Assembly (NCBI GenBank): GCA_048772705.1 | Contig: JBLWGC010000082.1 | Span: forward strand, 186,001-250,000 | Length of the DNA: 64,000 bases | DNA from: Leidyana gryllorum EB-2025a | Taxonomy: Eukaryota; Protista; Apicomplexa | Direction of reading: 5' to 3' | Shown here: positions 27,156 to 39,530 of the stretch, piece after piece | Layout of the letters: the number at the start of each line of letters is the position of its first letter | Position numbering within the stretch: the first letter of the stretch is position 1 | Notes under the pieces: generated by a model | The model's input: the letters and a program-made list of their open reading frames with translations, nothing else | Told to the model about the DNA's origin: nothing | Database searches by the model: none | Program-made: the position numbers and the translations under genes

Positions 27156-28961
27156 TCACTTCGCCGCCGCCCCAACTCCCGCTACGCCCCGCAAAATCTC
27201 CTCAGCTGTCTGTAAGGCTATAGTTTGGTTCCGCCAAGTGCACTGTGGCAGCTCCAAGTATCCCTCCTGACACCAGAGCCGCCGACCTTTCAGGTTTCGC
27301 CGTTTTCTCTCCAACCGAAATCGAGCCTGCAGATTAACGCTCTACTCACAAACGAGTCCCATGAAAACCCCTCTCACGTTATGGATAGCACAATCCTCCC
27401 ACGCCAGATTGTGCGAAGTCGACTGAACCTCTTCGTGTGCATCCAGCACGCGGTTCAGAATCTGCTCCACTTCGTCATAAAAGTCCTCCCGGTTATCCAA
27501 TCTGACAATACTGTTATTCACACATAGACATCTAACTTACAAGTCATCATGAACAACCTCGAGACCCGTAATGACCAATGAAATATACTTGTCCAATTCG
27601 GCTACGTCATCGGCGCGGCAGGCGGAATGCAGTCGACAAGGAACAGGTTGATCTTCGTCCCCAAAGTGTGTCACATTGATTCCAAACGACGCATCAATTA
27701 AATATAATTCTGAAGGCTGTAAATCCACAACCCACACCATCTCGTCTGGATCGGCTTCTGCAGCCTTTACCAAACCTTCGCCCAATTCATCTCGCAACAC
27801 TGGACGCAAAGAACGACGGATAAACAGCATCGTGTTATCGTCATAGCGTTGCAGCATCGCGTCCCAGGCGTCAGACACTTCTGAGATCGGAGTCGCCCGA
27901 AACATCAGATTGTTGGGATGCAAGTCGCAATGTGCCAAACCCGTCGAATGCAATTCTTCTGCCTTCCTCACAATCTCCCAGCCCATGCGAGAAAGCTGTT
28001 CGAGAGACATGTGGTCTCACATTGAACACAACAAACACGTGTGCTCACCGTGGTCAGCCGCCAAACAAAGTCTTCTTTGTGGTTGATGGCCAAATCATCG
28101 TCTTTCACCCACTTGAGTAGTTCCCGCATGAGTTCTTGAGCAGCTTTTCTGGCCGTATAAGGTCCTAGATGTTCCATCAAATATGCCTCTGGGAGCAAGA
28201 AGTGCTTCTGCTCCAGATTCCTACTATGGTCCGGCCCACCTTTGTGACACCAAAACGTGTCATTCTTGGTCACATCTTGGACTGAGAGGATAGCCGGCCC
28301 AAATCCCGTGGCAGCAAAGAGGTTCACACCTGTTTCCATGAGACGGCTGTTCGAAGGTGTTCGGGCCGGACTCACGTTCAAGTTCAGCGTCCCATCCCGA
28401 TACGCCTTGGGCGCGTAGGTGCTGATCAAATGAGACTTCGTGATCTGCTTTGCGGATGAGAGCGATTTTGATAAAGACCTACGACAGTCGGTGGGTCAGT
28501 ATAGAATTTGGTGGTGTACTATGGTGTTGGATTACCCTTATGGCTTTGGTGTCATTGTATAGGTGGGATTCTGAGCACTGTGGCTGTCCATCAACGAGGG
28601 GACAATTTCTATAGACTTGAGTTCCGTACTTTTCGGCTGCGTTCGAGAGCGCGCGACATAGAAAAGGGTTTCAGCTTGATGACTCACGATCATTGTACAA
28701 AGTTGCACCTACACCCTGGTCCTCTATAAGGTGATAGACTCGAATGGCTGGACTTACGGCGCCGAAGCTTCCTGCGCGTATGTCCAATTCCGGAGGTGCT
28801 ACCGTTGGTGAGTCGGCGGCGTCCTCGGCGTCGACGAGGAGGGTATCACACTCGAGGAAGGGTTGAGAGCAGATGTTGGTTAGTTTCTCGACGAGGGAGG
28901 GGTCGGGGACTTTAGCGTTTGTCAGCAGGATGATTGGGATTGTTGTTAGGGGCCACCGCAT
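27156..28961 (-). CDS. Atypical protein-kinase-like protein, copy 2 (probably secreted)
   Basis: Hydrophobic N-terminus MRWPLTTIPIILLTNA, Gly loop RAGSFGA, ATGFGPAIL, YLMEHLG, catalytic LAHCDLHPNNL, YLIDASFG, VPCRLHSACRADDV and Cys-containing C-terminal exons. Confidence 0.65.
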
Positions 28962-31001
28962 CTCGTTCCCCCAAAAGTCTTTGCAGGCGACGTCGAGCGG
29001 TAAGTCTGGAGGGTCTCGTTCTAACTGGCTGGACCTGTTTGAATCCCAAAACTTCCCTCTGGTACCGATTGATTAGCTGTCGTCCTTTGAGGGCGGCTTG
29101 GATCTGAGATTTGTAGGAGCAGCGGGGCAGTTGGTGATGGGCGGATTGGCAGAACTGATGTCTATCAGTCCAGCCCTCGAACCGAGTTTGCTCTTTGGTC
29201 TTGCGGAACTCGACCTGAGAAGAGATTCCGATGTTTGCCGTCTGAGCGCCGATCACACTTACCGCCTGATAGATGCAATCCGCGTACTCTGGATTATGCG
29301 CCCGGTCCTGGAACGTTTTCCTCCAAAAGTCAATCGTGTCGGCCAGCAGTTTGCGCACGGCTGGGTTGACTAAGGGCCCACTGTGAACCTCTCTGTTGCA
29401 AAGTAGAGTAGTTTTCGAATTCTCACCGCGACACCTCACACTCACTTGTCGTACCACCCGCTCGCGCTTCTCAGCAAGTGCTCTACGCCTTTATTGAATT
29501 CGTACACATCGTCCTGGCGGCAGGCAGAGTAGGAACGACAGGGCACGTCTATGTCGTCCACGGACGGGCTCGCGAGCACTTTGGTCAGAGGAACGGCGAA
29601 AGTAGTGTCGATGAACCAGAAGTTTGTGGTGTCAAATGCAACAACGTCCACTGTGTAGGGCGGTGACATCCGGTGTGGTTGGTAACTATCTAATGAATCT
29701 GGAATCAATACCATCCCGCTTCCATTGTGCTGATGGTACATTGTGTCCACATATGTCTTGAGCACCTGGGCATTTTCTAACTGCGTAGATCTCGGAGTAA
29801 TGATAATGTTCCCTTTATGTGCGTCGCAATGGGTCAACTGACGTCCCCACAATTCGTTCAACAGAGCCAAATTCACCTCCAGCAAACGGCTCAGATACAG
29901 AAATCGACCCCGAATGAAACGAAACTTGTCCTCTGCCGAACCCCGACTCGATGGTGATGCCTCCTCAACCTCGTTCGCCGGAGGGAAGAAAGTCTTAGAC
30001 AGATCAGATATCAAATGATTCAACACCTCGTGCAGATTCCAACGACCCAAATTACGCATTATCAACTTCTCTGAAACAGACACACATAATAATGACGTGG
30101 CCGGGAGAAGGAGACACGAACATACAAACACAGGCCAGATTGATGAATGAATGTCCCTCAGCGTGGTGTGTGACGTCGATTAACTCACCATGAACAATAG
30201 GAATCTGTTGTCCTGAGGCTCGATCGAGGAGCACCAGGACGTCGGGTCCGAAACCGCTGTGGGCCCATTGAAGTGCTCCTAGGAGAGAGAGGTGTAGTTG
30301 GAGGGGAGGGCTCTATTTGGTGGTCAAGTCTCACTGGTTGATTCCACGACGAAGGGTGGGAAGCCGCCGCGTTGAATCATAGGATCGTAGGCCAACTCGT
30401 GTGCGAGTTTCTCCATAGCCCCGTATTTGATAAATACACGCACCGATGACTCAGTGACTGCGTTGGCGGGCGTGCAACTATATTCTGCGTACATCGGAGA
30501 GCAATTCTGGTGCACAGCTACATTGTGCTGCGCCGCGACTGCGGAAAAGAGTCTTGTGTGTTCAAGTGATGGGGCGACGTACGAGGGACATCGATGATCG
30601 CCGGGATAACCTGAGCACATCAGCACTGATTATAGACAGGTTGAGTAAAGATTGTGACTCACGACGCCAAAGGCACCTCCTTTGTGATCCACACTCTGTG
30701 TGGCGGGGTCAACTGAGTGTTGTATTCAGTTGGGAAGTATGATCACGATACCTTGACAAGTTATGTAAGGGACGTCGCAGATTTCGATAACATGTAGCAA
30801 GAGTTCTGAGTAGGGTGAAGCTGACTCTTAGGGAACGAGATGCACTCGTCGTAATTACCTTGACGTAAAGCTGCATTTTTCTGTTGTTGACGGTCTGTGG
30901 AGGAGGGATATCGTAAATTGGTTGATATATCTGGACTGACTGGGGCGTGCAGCAGGGACAAGCAGCAAACCAACTGCGGCGCAGAGCAGAACCCGGAACA
31001 T
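28912..31001 (-). CDS. Atypical protein-kinase-like protein, copy 1 (signal peptide)
   Basis: Signal peptide MFRVLLCAAVGLLLVPA, KGGAFGV, VRVFIK, AHSGFGPDVL, LIMRNLG, LTHCDAHKGNI, WFIDTTFA and VPCRSYSACRQDDV. Confidence 0.65.
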
Positions 31002-31024
31002 GTCGTGTGTGTGTGGGTGCGCCT

Positions 31025-32379
31025 TCACCGGATCCGAGGTCGCGGATCCGTTGGGAGACCTGCTACTTCACCCTGCCGGGCATACATGCGAGCTAGACCC
31101 GGATGGACTTGACACGCAGGCAGAGGCGTAGAGGAGGCGGGCTGGTAATCCCACTCGTATTCCCACCGCGGGGGCCAGTTGAGGTCATTGGAGTCCACGC
31201 TCTTGCGTACGACGGGAGGTGGCGTAAAAGGAGGAGGAGGTAGGGCGGTCGTCGGTGGCAACGGAGGCCTCTCTTTGACAGCAGCAGTGGTGACGGGAGG
31301 AGGAGCAGCAGCAGCACCCGCTGATGTGTGACTGTTATTCGGGCGAGGGTAGGCGGCCGGGCGTCGGCCGTTGGGGTTTGAGCGCCAGCTGAGTTGTTGT
31401 TGTTGCTGTTCGCGTTCGCGTTCGCGGTCTCGATCGCGGTCTCGGTCTCGACCAGACTGTTGATAACGCCATATAGCAAAAGCGACCTGGGCGTTGAAAC
31501 TGCTGTTCTCATTATTAGTACCAGTTGGACCTTGTTCTCGCCGCCGCTGGGGACGTGCGGCCTTTGGGGGCTGCTGGGCAGGAAGGGGAGGTGGAGGGGC
31601 TTGGGTTTGCTTCTCCGCCGGCGCAGTTTTGGCCTCCTCCACCGCCTCTTTCTTGGGGGGGTTCGGAAACGGCGCCCACGATGCGGGATGCACTTTGAAC
31701 AGCATGGGATTGTTGTGATTAGCACTAGTGGTATTGAAGAGTCCATGGCCTCCCATGGCGCCGATAGCGGCTGCGGTATTGGATAACTTCACTTGACTCT
31801 CCGGTGAATTATTCTCATTGGGCGACCACATTCGGTCAATTCGGCTGCTGCTACACGCGTCGCCCCCACTCAATAAGGCGCCTAACCGCCCAGACGACGA
31901 AGAAGTGGACGTCACTCCTCCTCCATTGTCCTTACGCTTCTTCGCCGCTTCAGCTGCTTCACCCAATGTAGGACCCACGGTCGCAGACTGCCGCGTCTCT
32001 ACAGCCAACAGTTCTTCGTCAGGCGTCGTCGCAGCCGCCGCCGATGCAGCCATCGGGTCCTTCACGACCAACGACCACGGTTTATTCATCGCTGCCTTGG
32101 AGGCCGCCCGCTGCGAACTCGAAGAAGGCTTCGCAGCCGCCTTTTTACCCACCCCCAACAGCGCTACCAGGGAAGGGGCATTCGCTGCTGGCTTCGCCGC
32201 TGCTGAGGGTGCCACATTCAGCCTCCCTAGAATCTTCCGAGACCCGAACTGCTGACTGCCGCTATTACTTGAGCAGAGTAGGCCCTCATCCATGTGCTTC
32301 TCCCACCTAGCGGGCTTACAAGACACTCGAAAATTTGTGTCAATGGACAGACAATAATCTCAACTTGATCATCGTCCAT
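31025..32379 (-). CDS. Low-complexity Ala/Pro/Ser-rich hypothetical protein with an RD/RE tract
   Basis: 433-aa ORF. Probable first exon MDDDQVEIIVCPLTQIFECL joined in phase 0 by a GTAAG...CAG intron (32319-32252). Alternative start is ATG 32293. Confidence 0.55.
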
Positions 32380-33208
32380 GTCATCGCCACCACTACCCTT
32401 TCTCGACGCAATCCGCCAACGCGGCAGCGCACCGCCCTCTGCCAATCGCCCTGACAAACCACGCACTACCCCAACCACCCCACAACAACAGTCATCAAAG
32501 TCGGTGCCCACTCAACCACAACCCGTCATCTCTCATACCCCCAAACCCCTCAACAAGACTGATGGCCCACCAAATAAAACACCCGCTCCCAACGATGCTA
32601 CATCCGCTCTGATGGCCGCAATCAGAGCTGGCACACCGCAACTCAAACCCGCAGGCTCCGCTGCCAAAGCCCAACGCGTCGCAGAAATAAGAGAGCAGAA
32701 CAAGGCCCCGATCGCTCGAGTTCCCACCCAAACACCGCACCTAAACTCACCCCAACCACTCGCACGGAGTCGAACCAAGAACAATATATTGCACAACAAA
32801 TCCTCCGGCGTTGCCGCACGACCACAATCACCCCCTGAACCTGTTCGCGCACCCCCGCCGCCGCCGCCACCACCGCCGCCGCCGCCCGCTGCTGCGCGAT
32901 CCACTCCACCACCAACCCCCAAAGAGGTCCATACACTCCGGGAAACGCCACGTACTGTCCAAAAGTCACCCTCGTACACGCCCCCCACCGCCCGGAGCTC
33001 AGGCCCGCCTTCTACTGATCCTACTCGTACTACCACCTCGCCCAACTCAGCTCAGCAGTCGGGCTCATCCACCAACCGGCCGCCCCCGTCCTCGGCACGG
33101 GTCGCCCAAGCTGGACTTCAACTGCATAAAAGTGGTAAATACCAGGTGATTGTCGATGCTCAGAAACTGAGAGTTGCCTTTCAAAGACTCACTTGCAAGT
33201 ACGCATAA
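32378..33208 (+). CDS. WH2-motif and polyproline protein (verprolin/WIP-like actin regulator)
   Basis: SALMAAIRAGTPQLKPA fits the WH2 consensus (amphipathic helix plus LKxx). A second partial motif PFLDAIRQRG and a poly-Pro tract are present. Confidence 0.6.
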   Translation: MSSPPLPFLDAIRQRGSAPPSANRPDKPRTTPTTPQQQSSKSVPTQPQPVISHTPKPLNKTDGPPNKTPAPNDATSALMAAIRAGTPQLKPAGSAAKAQRVAEIREQNKAPIARVPTQTPHLNSPQPLARSRTKNNILHNKSSGVAARPQSPPEPVRAPPPPPPPPPPPPAAARSTPPPTPKEVHTLRETPRTVQKSPSYTPPTARSSGPPSTDPTRTTTSPNSAQQSGSSTNRPPPSSARVAQAGLQLHKSGKYQVIVDAQKLRVAFQRLTCKYA

Positions 33209-33324
33209 TTCTAACTAATCAATCAAGCGAATCCAAGACCCAAGTCGAAGTCTTGATATATACAAATCACGTTTATGCTTACTTGAGAACATCAGCAATG
33301 AAAAAGCACTTTATTCAATATATA

Positions 33325-36300
33325 TCAAACCATGAGGTATCGAGACAGACGAGCAGTGAATAAAGCTCTCTGACAACGAACAAACTTGAATGACCCCAAA
33401 AGTCAAGTATACAACTGTACCTGTAAGTGGAGGTCTGCGTGACTGCCGCTTATACGGCGAAAAATCGACTCAACTTCACTCCGCTTCATCTGTATTGATG
33501 GATGTGTATCCCACGTCTGTCGATCAACCATGGCGATCTTACCGTGGGCATAAATATCTGTGCTGTGTCCCACACGTCGTCCACTATTATGTACCCTTTC
33601 CGCGCAGTCTGCGTCATCATCCATTTGTTGCAAGAAGCACTATACCACACGCGAAAGACTCACATCCAAAGCCTCAAACAGCCGTTCGGCATCTGACTCC
33701 ACCTCGCGAATTGTGCTTTCCGCTTCATCTGAAGAAGCACCAGAGATCATATACGGAAACTTTGCCTCAAAAGCGACGCGGTGCGGTCCATGTGCGAGAG
33801 GAGCAACTTGCTTGTGCGCCTGAGAGAAGACTTCTCTCATAAGCTGGCCGACACATAGGACGCCCGCGTCGTTGGGCTTGTGTGGTGACTCTCTGACCGC
33901 TCGGATGATTGCCTCCAAATGAATGAATGAAAGAATGGCCCAAACACTCTCTCTTCTTCCATCTCAAGGAAACAACCAATGCATCAGCGGCGCCGCTGCT
34001 GCTACAACGTCGATCTGTTGTCATATTCTCTGTGAATGTCCTGTCCACACTCGATCAACAGATCTCAGCGTTCCCGAATACGGTCAATCTAGTCGTCACA
34101 TCTCGTACCCGCGTCAATTGCTCGCTCGCACCGCCACACAGTATCGAATTGGAAGTTTCACGTACCTGATAATCGATCTCCTATCTCCGTGTTAGTGAGC
34201 ACGAGGTTGACAAAGTCCCCGAAGGTCAGGAAATTGTTCAAACCGTTCAGATCTATTCCGTCCACGTGTCCTTTGTGGAAGCGACGAGCGCCCTTCACCC
34301 GGATGGAGAGCGCGCGGAGTGCTTCCGGTACATCTCCCCTCAGCATCACTCCAGGAACCTCTTGTCCTACGCCCATCGTCAGCTCAAATTTTGCGAGCAT
34401 GACAAATGCAAGCCGAATCGGATCCGACTGAGCCTTAGGGAGACGACTGAACTCTTCCTGGGCGCGCTCGTACAGCATGTTCATCTGTGCAGATCGATCA
34501 CGTCGCAGCCGGGTACGGCTAAGAAGAGTGTTCCAGAAATTTGTATCGACCACCCAGGTACGCCGCTCATACTCTGAAAATGCCAATGAAATGTCGTACC
34601 CAAACACCTAACTGACTGACCTTCTCGAAGCTCTTTTAGCTTTTCAGAATCCACGTTGTACTCGACACTTGATGCAACAGCGAAGCGCTCGATCGTCTTG
34701 GACCAGAGAATGAAACAGGAGATCACAAGCCCGGCAATCGGAGCGACAAAGTAGATTCCATATACTCCCCACGTCTCTGCGGACCCTCGAGTGCTGTTAA
34801 AACAAGTGACGGTGCACAATGTGACTGTTGGGCGTCTCACCCGGCAGTTGCCGTCACAAGGACACCCGAAATGAAAGCTGCGAGTCCTGCAAGCCATAGT
34901 TGCATCATCCGCAAGAAGAAGCGCGGCTTGCTCATCGGAAACATAGCGGTGAGAGGACCGACAAGCTTTCCCCTCAGGTTGCGATTCACAACCTCTTGAT
35001 CATCTAACTGTGTGCGGAGAAATGCATTAGCTCGAGACCATCCTTCGCGTGCCGAATCATCGAGCTCAAGTGGCTTCGATTCCAACGTTTCCAGCAATTT
35101 AGGCTGAGATAAGCGTTGTGACAATATGGCCAAGAAGAAGAGTGGTCACCTCTTTGAGGAGTAACTCGATATTCCCAGGATTCGGACAGATTCTATGGAA
35201 TATGCTGGAGCTAATGAAGTGAAAGACTATACTTCCAACTGTCAAATACACCCCAAGCAAAGACTGAAAAGGAAGAGAAAGTTAACGGAGTGGGAAATGT
35301 GTACTAAATGGAAGACGAAATAAGCCCGCCATATGATCATCAAAGCAGCGAAGGAGATTTTTGCCGCCTCTGGGGAGTCGGGGTCAATCCACTTACCAGA
35401 GCAACCAAGAACCACATCCCGGTGATAGTCTGATCGAGTATGAAGATCTCTCTCGATGCTAAAATGTATCGAAACTTACCAGCAACGGGCGTAACAGGAA
35501 CACCAGAAATGTTAGTGCGACCAACGTTGACGCGGGCAGCTCGATTGTTTCGACCTAGGAAGTATTTTATCTCTTGGGATTACAGTGTGATATTCTCACT
35601 ATCAGCTCCGATGTCGCTTCGGAAAGATATTCCGCGAAGACTGCACTGGCTGCGTCTGATCTGGCCCGGGCGAAGAGAGTGGAGAGGCCGTCTCCGAATC
35701 CTTTGAAACGATACCGCAAGCCAATGAACGTTAGCACCCTTCGCATTGATAAGGCACTTTTGCCCACTTCTGCGAACATGATGTCGTCCAAGTCATCGTA
35801 CACGTCGTGACCAGCAAGATTTGAGGCCGCTGATGCCATAGATTTGCTGTGAGACAGTTGCCTTCGTTGGGAATTAAGTGGTATCGAGAAGACGGAATGC
35901 CTCACTGAGATGCTTCGCCGCTGTTATTGGAGCCAAGGAGCAGATTGGTCAGTCGTGACTTGTTAGCCTAGCACTCGTAGTGAAAGAGATTGACAGTGGA
36001 CACTCTCACCAAGTGTTCATAACTGCGATACCGTTTCACCATATTGATCAGGACGCCCAGAAGAAGAGCTGACGTTGGATAGGTGTCTACCGACACGAAT
36101 GAGATATATAATACTCACCACTCTCACAAATGAAAGTTAACATCACCACAAAGACAAAGATGTGGGCAAACTCGAAGATCTCCTTGAGCATTGTCGGAGG
36201 AGGAATGTACATGCCCAGGTGTTGACCCTCGGCCAGTGCTGCCTGTTATTAGTGCCGTGACATGTACTACTCTGTGTGCGCAGTCAGCGGGTACCTCTTC

Positions 36301-37551
36301 AGTTTCAGACATATGAAGGAAACGATCATTCAGTTGCTGCACTATGCCAGCTGAAGTTGACACAATACAAATTAAGTATCTCTCAAACACTCACTGTTGC
36401 ACGCCGTTAGAAGCAAAATGGTGATGAAGCTGATCTGTACGATTGCTGAGCACTGGGTTCCTTCTCACCCTAAAACAGCTAGCTCCTTGCAGACAGCGTT
36501 AATTAGCTTTGTCCCGACTTGCAGTCGGTAGTGATTGCAAAGATGTATGGCACCCAGTATCAACGATTCCAGCACGATTGAGGTCAGAATAAAGTTCATT
36601 AGTAGGAGGAACGCTAAAGTCGATTTCCGCTGCAGCAAAAGTACCTAGCTTGGCAGGCATCTTACCCTTTCATATTCCACAGGCGTCGCTGGAGGCTCTA
36701 CTAAAGCAACGGCGGACTGAATGAGGTTAATGACATTCATCGCACGCGTGTGCTAAGGGATTACTACTAAGGTCAAACATCAAGCACTCTTTGGCCTTGT
36801 CCTTGGAATGGTACGAAGGAATGCGGTTCGGCGGTGCCACTGTCTCGGCGAAAGCTCGCGAAAAACGGAGCCGCAGTCTGTGCAGGGTTTAATCCCTGCG
36901 TCCACCACCCGCTCGGGCCTGCGGTTGGCTGGCAAGAGAGGCAGATCTGCAGGCGCTCCAAAATGCACAGCCTCCCTCCCTTACTGCTCACCTTGTAAAG
37001 CTTCCAAGAATGTTGAGCTGTGAGGATCATGGTGCCTAGGCAGGTCGCCAAGTAAGCCCCTAAAACGATATTCCAGCTGGTGCTGGTTTCAGGCACCTTG
37101 ACAGCTGGATCAGCGTCAGGTGGAGCTACTAAGCCAGTGAAGAGAAAGCTGATGCTCATTAGCACATCCACTCCCATAAATACGGCCCCGAAAACAGTGG
37201 CGATGAAGAAGACAACCTGTGCGCGCGCAGATTTCCTTTAGTGTTCGATGAGCATAGCATACCACCAGCTTCGTTTTGAAGATTGTTTTATCGTGAATTG
37301 CATACCATGCGATCCCTATCGTTAGTAGTTGCAGAAAGATCCTGCATACGCATGTGTAGATGCGCAATTCAACTAGGAACGTTTACCAGAACTGGCCCAA
37401 TAGGATGAGCGGAGTTAGTAAGCATAGCTCTGCTATGCACAGGCGACGTAGAGTGTTAGCCTCCTCCTTCAACACACTCAACCATAGACAGTATGTTACG
37501 TACCCGCGCCGTATCATTGGGGATCACATCAGGACTATTTAAGTCCGACAT
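33325..37551 (-). CDS. MLO-like multi-pass membrane protein with C-terminal EF-hand-like domains (many exons)
   Basis: Spliced SIVLESLI...LINAVCKELAVLG|FITILL (MLO ELMLLGFISLLL), FEFAHIFVFVV (MLO LHIFIF), FAEYLSEATSELIV and KPRFFLRMMQL. Then helix-loop-helix segments such as IDLNGLNNFLTFGDFV. Extra N-terminal TM helices. Ends are approximate. Confidence 0.65.
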
Positions 37552-37607
37552 TATGTAGTATCGAACGTGTTTGCTAGTCAACCAGACTGCACAAAAAGCA
37601 CCTTCGG

Positions 37608-39473
37608 ATGACGAAAAGCTCTGCCTATGAGAGCTTACGTCGGGAAGTCTTCAGCAGCTTCCAAAAGGACCAAACTGAGCGACTTCACGTGGCAGAAGCC
37701 TTAAACGAAACTACACGCCTCCAAGAACACATCACATGTGTGAGTATTTTATTTTGATCATTAATTGGATCGGTACCCATTCAGGCTCAATCTGACATCG
37801 TCAATTCCAACCAGATTGCTGCAAACCATGCTGGGGAGCTCGAAAGGATGTCCGGGCAACTGGCCTTCATTGATCGAGCACATAATGTTATTGCGAGTGT
37901 TGCGGTATATCTACGGACGGTACAAGAAGGACTGGACAAGACCAGAGATTTAGAAGTACGTCGATGAAAAGCTTGATTGCTACATAGATCGTACAGGCTC
38001 GTTTGGCTACTGCCAAAACGTCTTATAACGCCATGGCCACGCGATTGAATGAATGTGTTACGGCTTTGAGCGCATCCAATCAGCAGCAGTAAGTCAGCGT
38101 CGTTCTCTGGTAGATGACGATCATACAGCCGGGAAGTCACTAAGGCTATCGTAGCCCTTACTTCGGCTTTGGAGAGTTTGGACGTTGAGATTGCATTGAA
38201 ATCAGAGGAGTTGGTGGCCTCTAAAGAACGTCTCGAGGTGGCTTCCACTATCGCTGCACGGGAGCACGAAGAGTATTTACACGTCTGTGTCAAATGGGAA
38301 TCGGTGAAAGAAAAGGACGGCGTCCTTATTCAGCATGAAGCCGAGCTGCGTGAGATGATTGACTCATTGATTGTCAGCGAAAGGCAACTACATCGACGGG
38401 TACAAGCTGTGGAGAACTTGATGGAGCGGAAGCTCCCTGCAGCCCAGAAAGCGATTGCTCAGCTACGAGAAGCGGCAGAACTCGAGAGGTCACGGATGTC
38501 GTGTCGTCGAAGTCACCAGGCCACTCTTGACTCTCTGCGGGAGGAGGAGCGTTGTCGCCAAAGCAAGATCAACGAGCTGACTGAGCAACGTTCGCAACTG
38601 CATGACAGTAATGAACGGAGTGCTGCTTGTCGGAAGCAGGCCGAGGCGAACTTGGAGCCTCTGCTGAGCAGACTTGCTGTGGTGAAGCAGAAGTGTACTG
38701 AGTTGCAAAGTGATCTCGACGATGTTGCGGCGGCGGCTGCCAAATTCTCGCGAGAAGCTGAGGATCATGAGAAGGAGCTTGGGGAGAAGACTCGCTTGCA
38801 TCAAGTGGGCCACAACGAGATCGATCGCGCTCGGAGCCGACTTCGTGATACTGAGATGTGCGTCGCAGAGCTCAACAGAGAAACTGAACGGCGGCGGAAA
38901 GCAAGACAAGCAGCATTAGAAGCTCATGAACGAGAAATCTCGGAGATCCGTGAAGCACGAGAGGCCAAACGTGCTGCTGCTGCGGAAGCTACCAAGGAGA
39001 TGAAGGCCGCGTACGACCGGATTCGCCATTGTCCCCTGACCTCCGAGCAGATCACCAACCAGGCACATGCCCTAAAGGCGACTGTTCATCCGGCTTTACG
39101 TCATCGTCTGAACGAGATAGCCAATCAGACAGAGGACACCGAGAGGTCATGTTCCGAGATCCAGACGCTCCTTGCCAGCGATGATGACACCCGGACAGGG
39201 TCTGATCCGGTGGAGAAGAGCTCGCGTTCCTCGGAATTGCGGGCCGCACAGCAGCAGTTCGAGTCCTGTCAAGCAAGTGCTCGCAACCGAGCAAAGATGG
39301 CGCTAGCCAGTCACCGAGTGGACCTGCAGGTCCAATCTCTGACCTCCAAGGAGGCAGCCACTATTACCAAGCTGTTGGATGTACAGCACGAGCGCCAGCA
39401 GCAGAGAAATGCTATGGTGGAGGCGAAGCAACGCGAGATTGATGCCCGTTTGAATGCTACGAACAACCGTTGA
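37608..39473 (+). CDS. Long coiled-coil protein of unknown function
   Basis: 434-aa E/R/A/Q-rich heptad ORF plus upstream spliced exons from ATG 37608. Confidence 0.7.
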
Positions 39474-39530
39474 CTAATGAAGGGAAGGTGCAGTGGTTGG
39501 TAATCGAGCACCTTGTTTTGAGTCTGTGCA

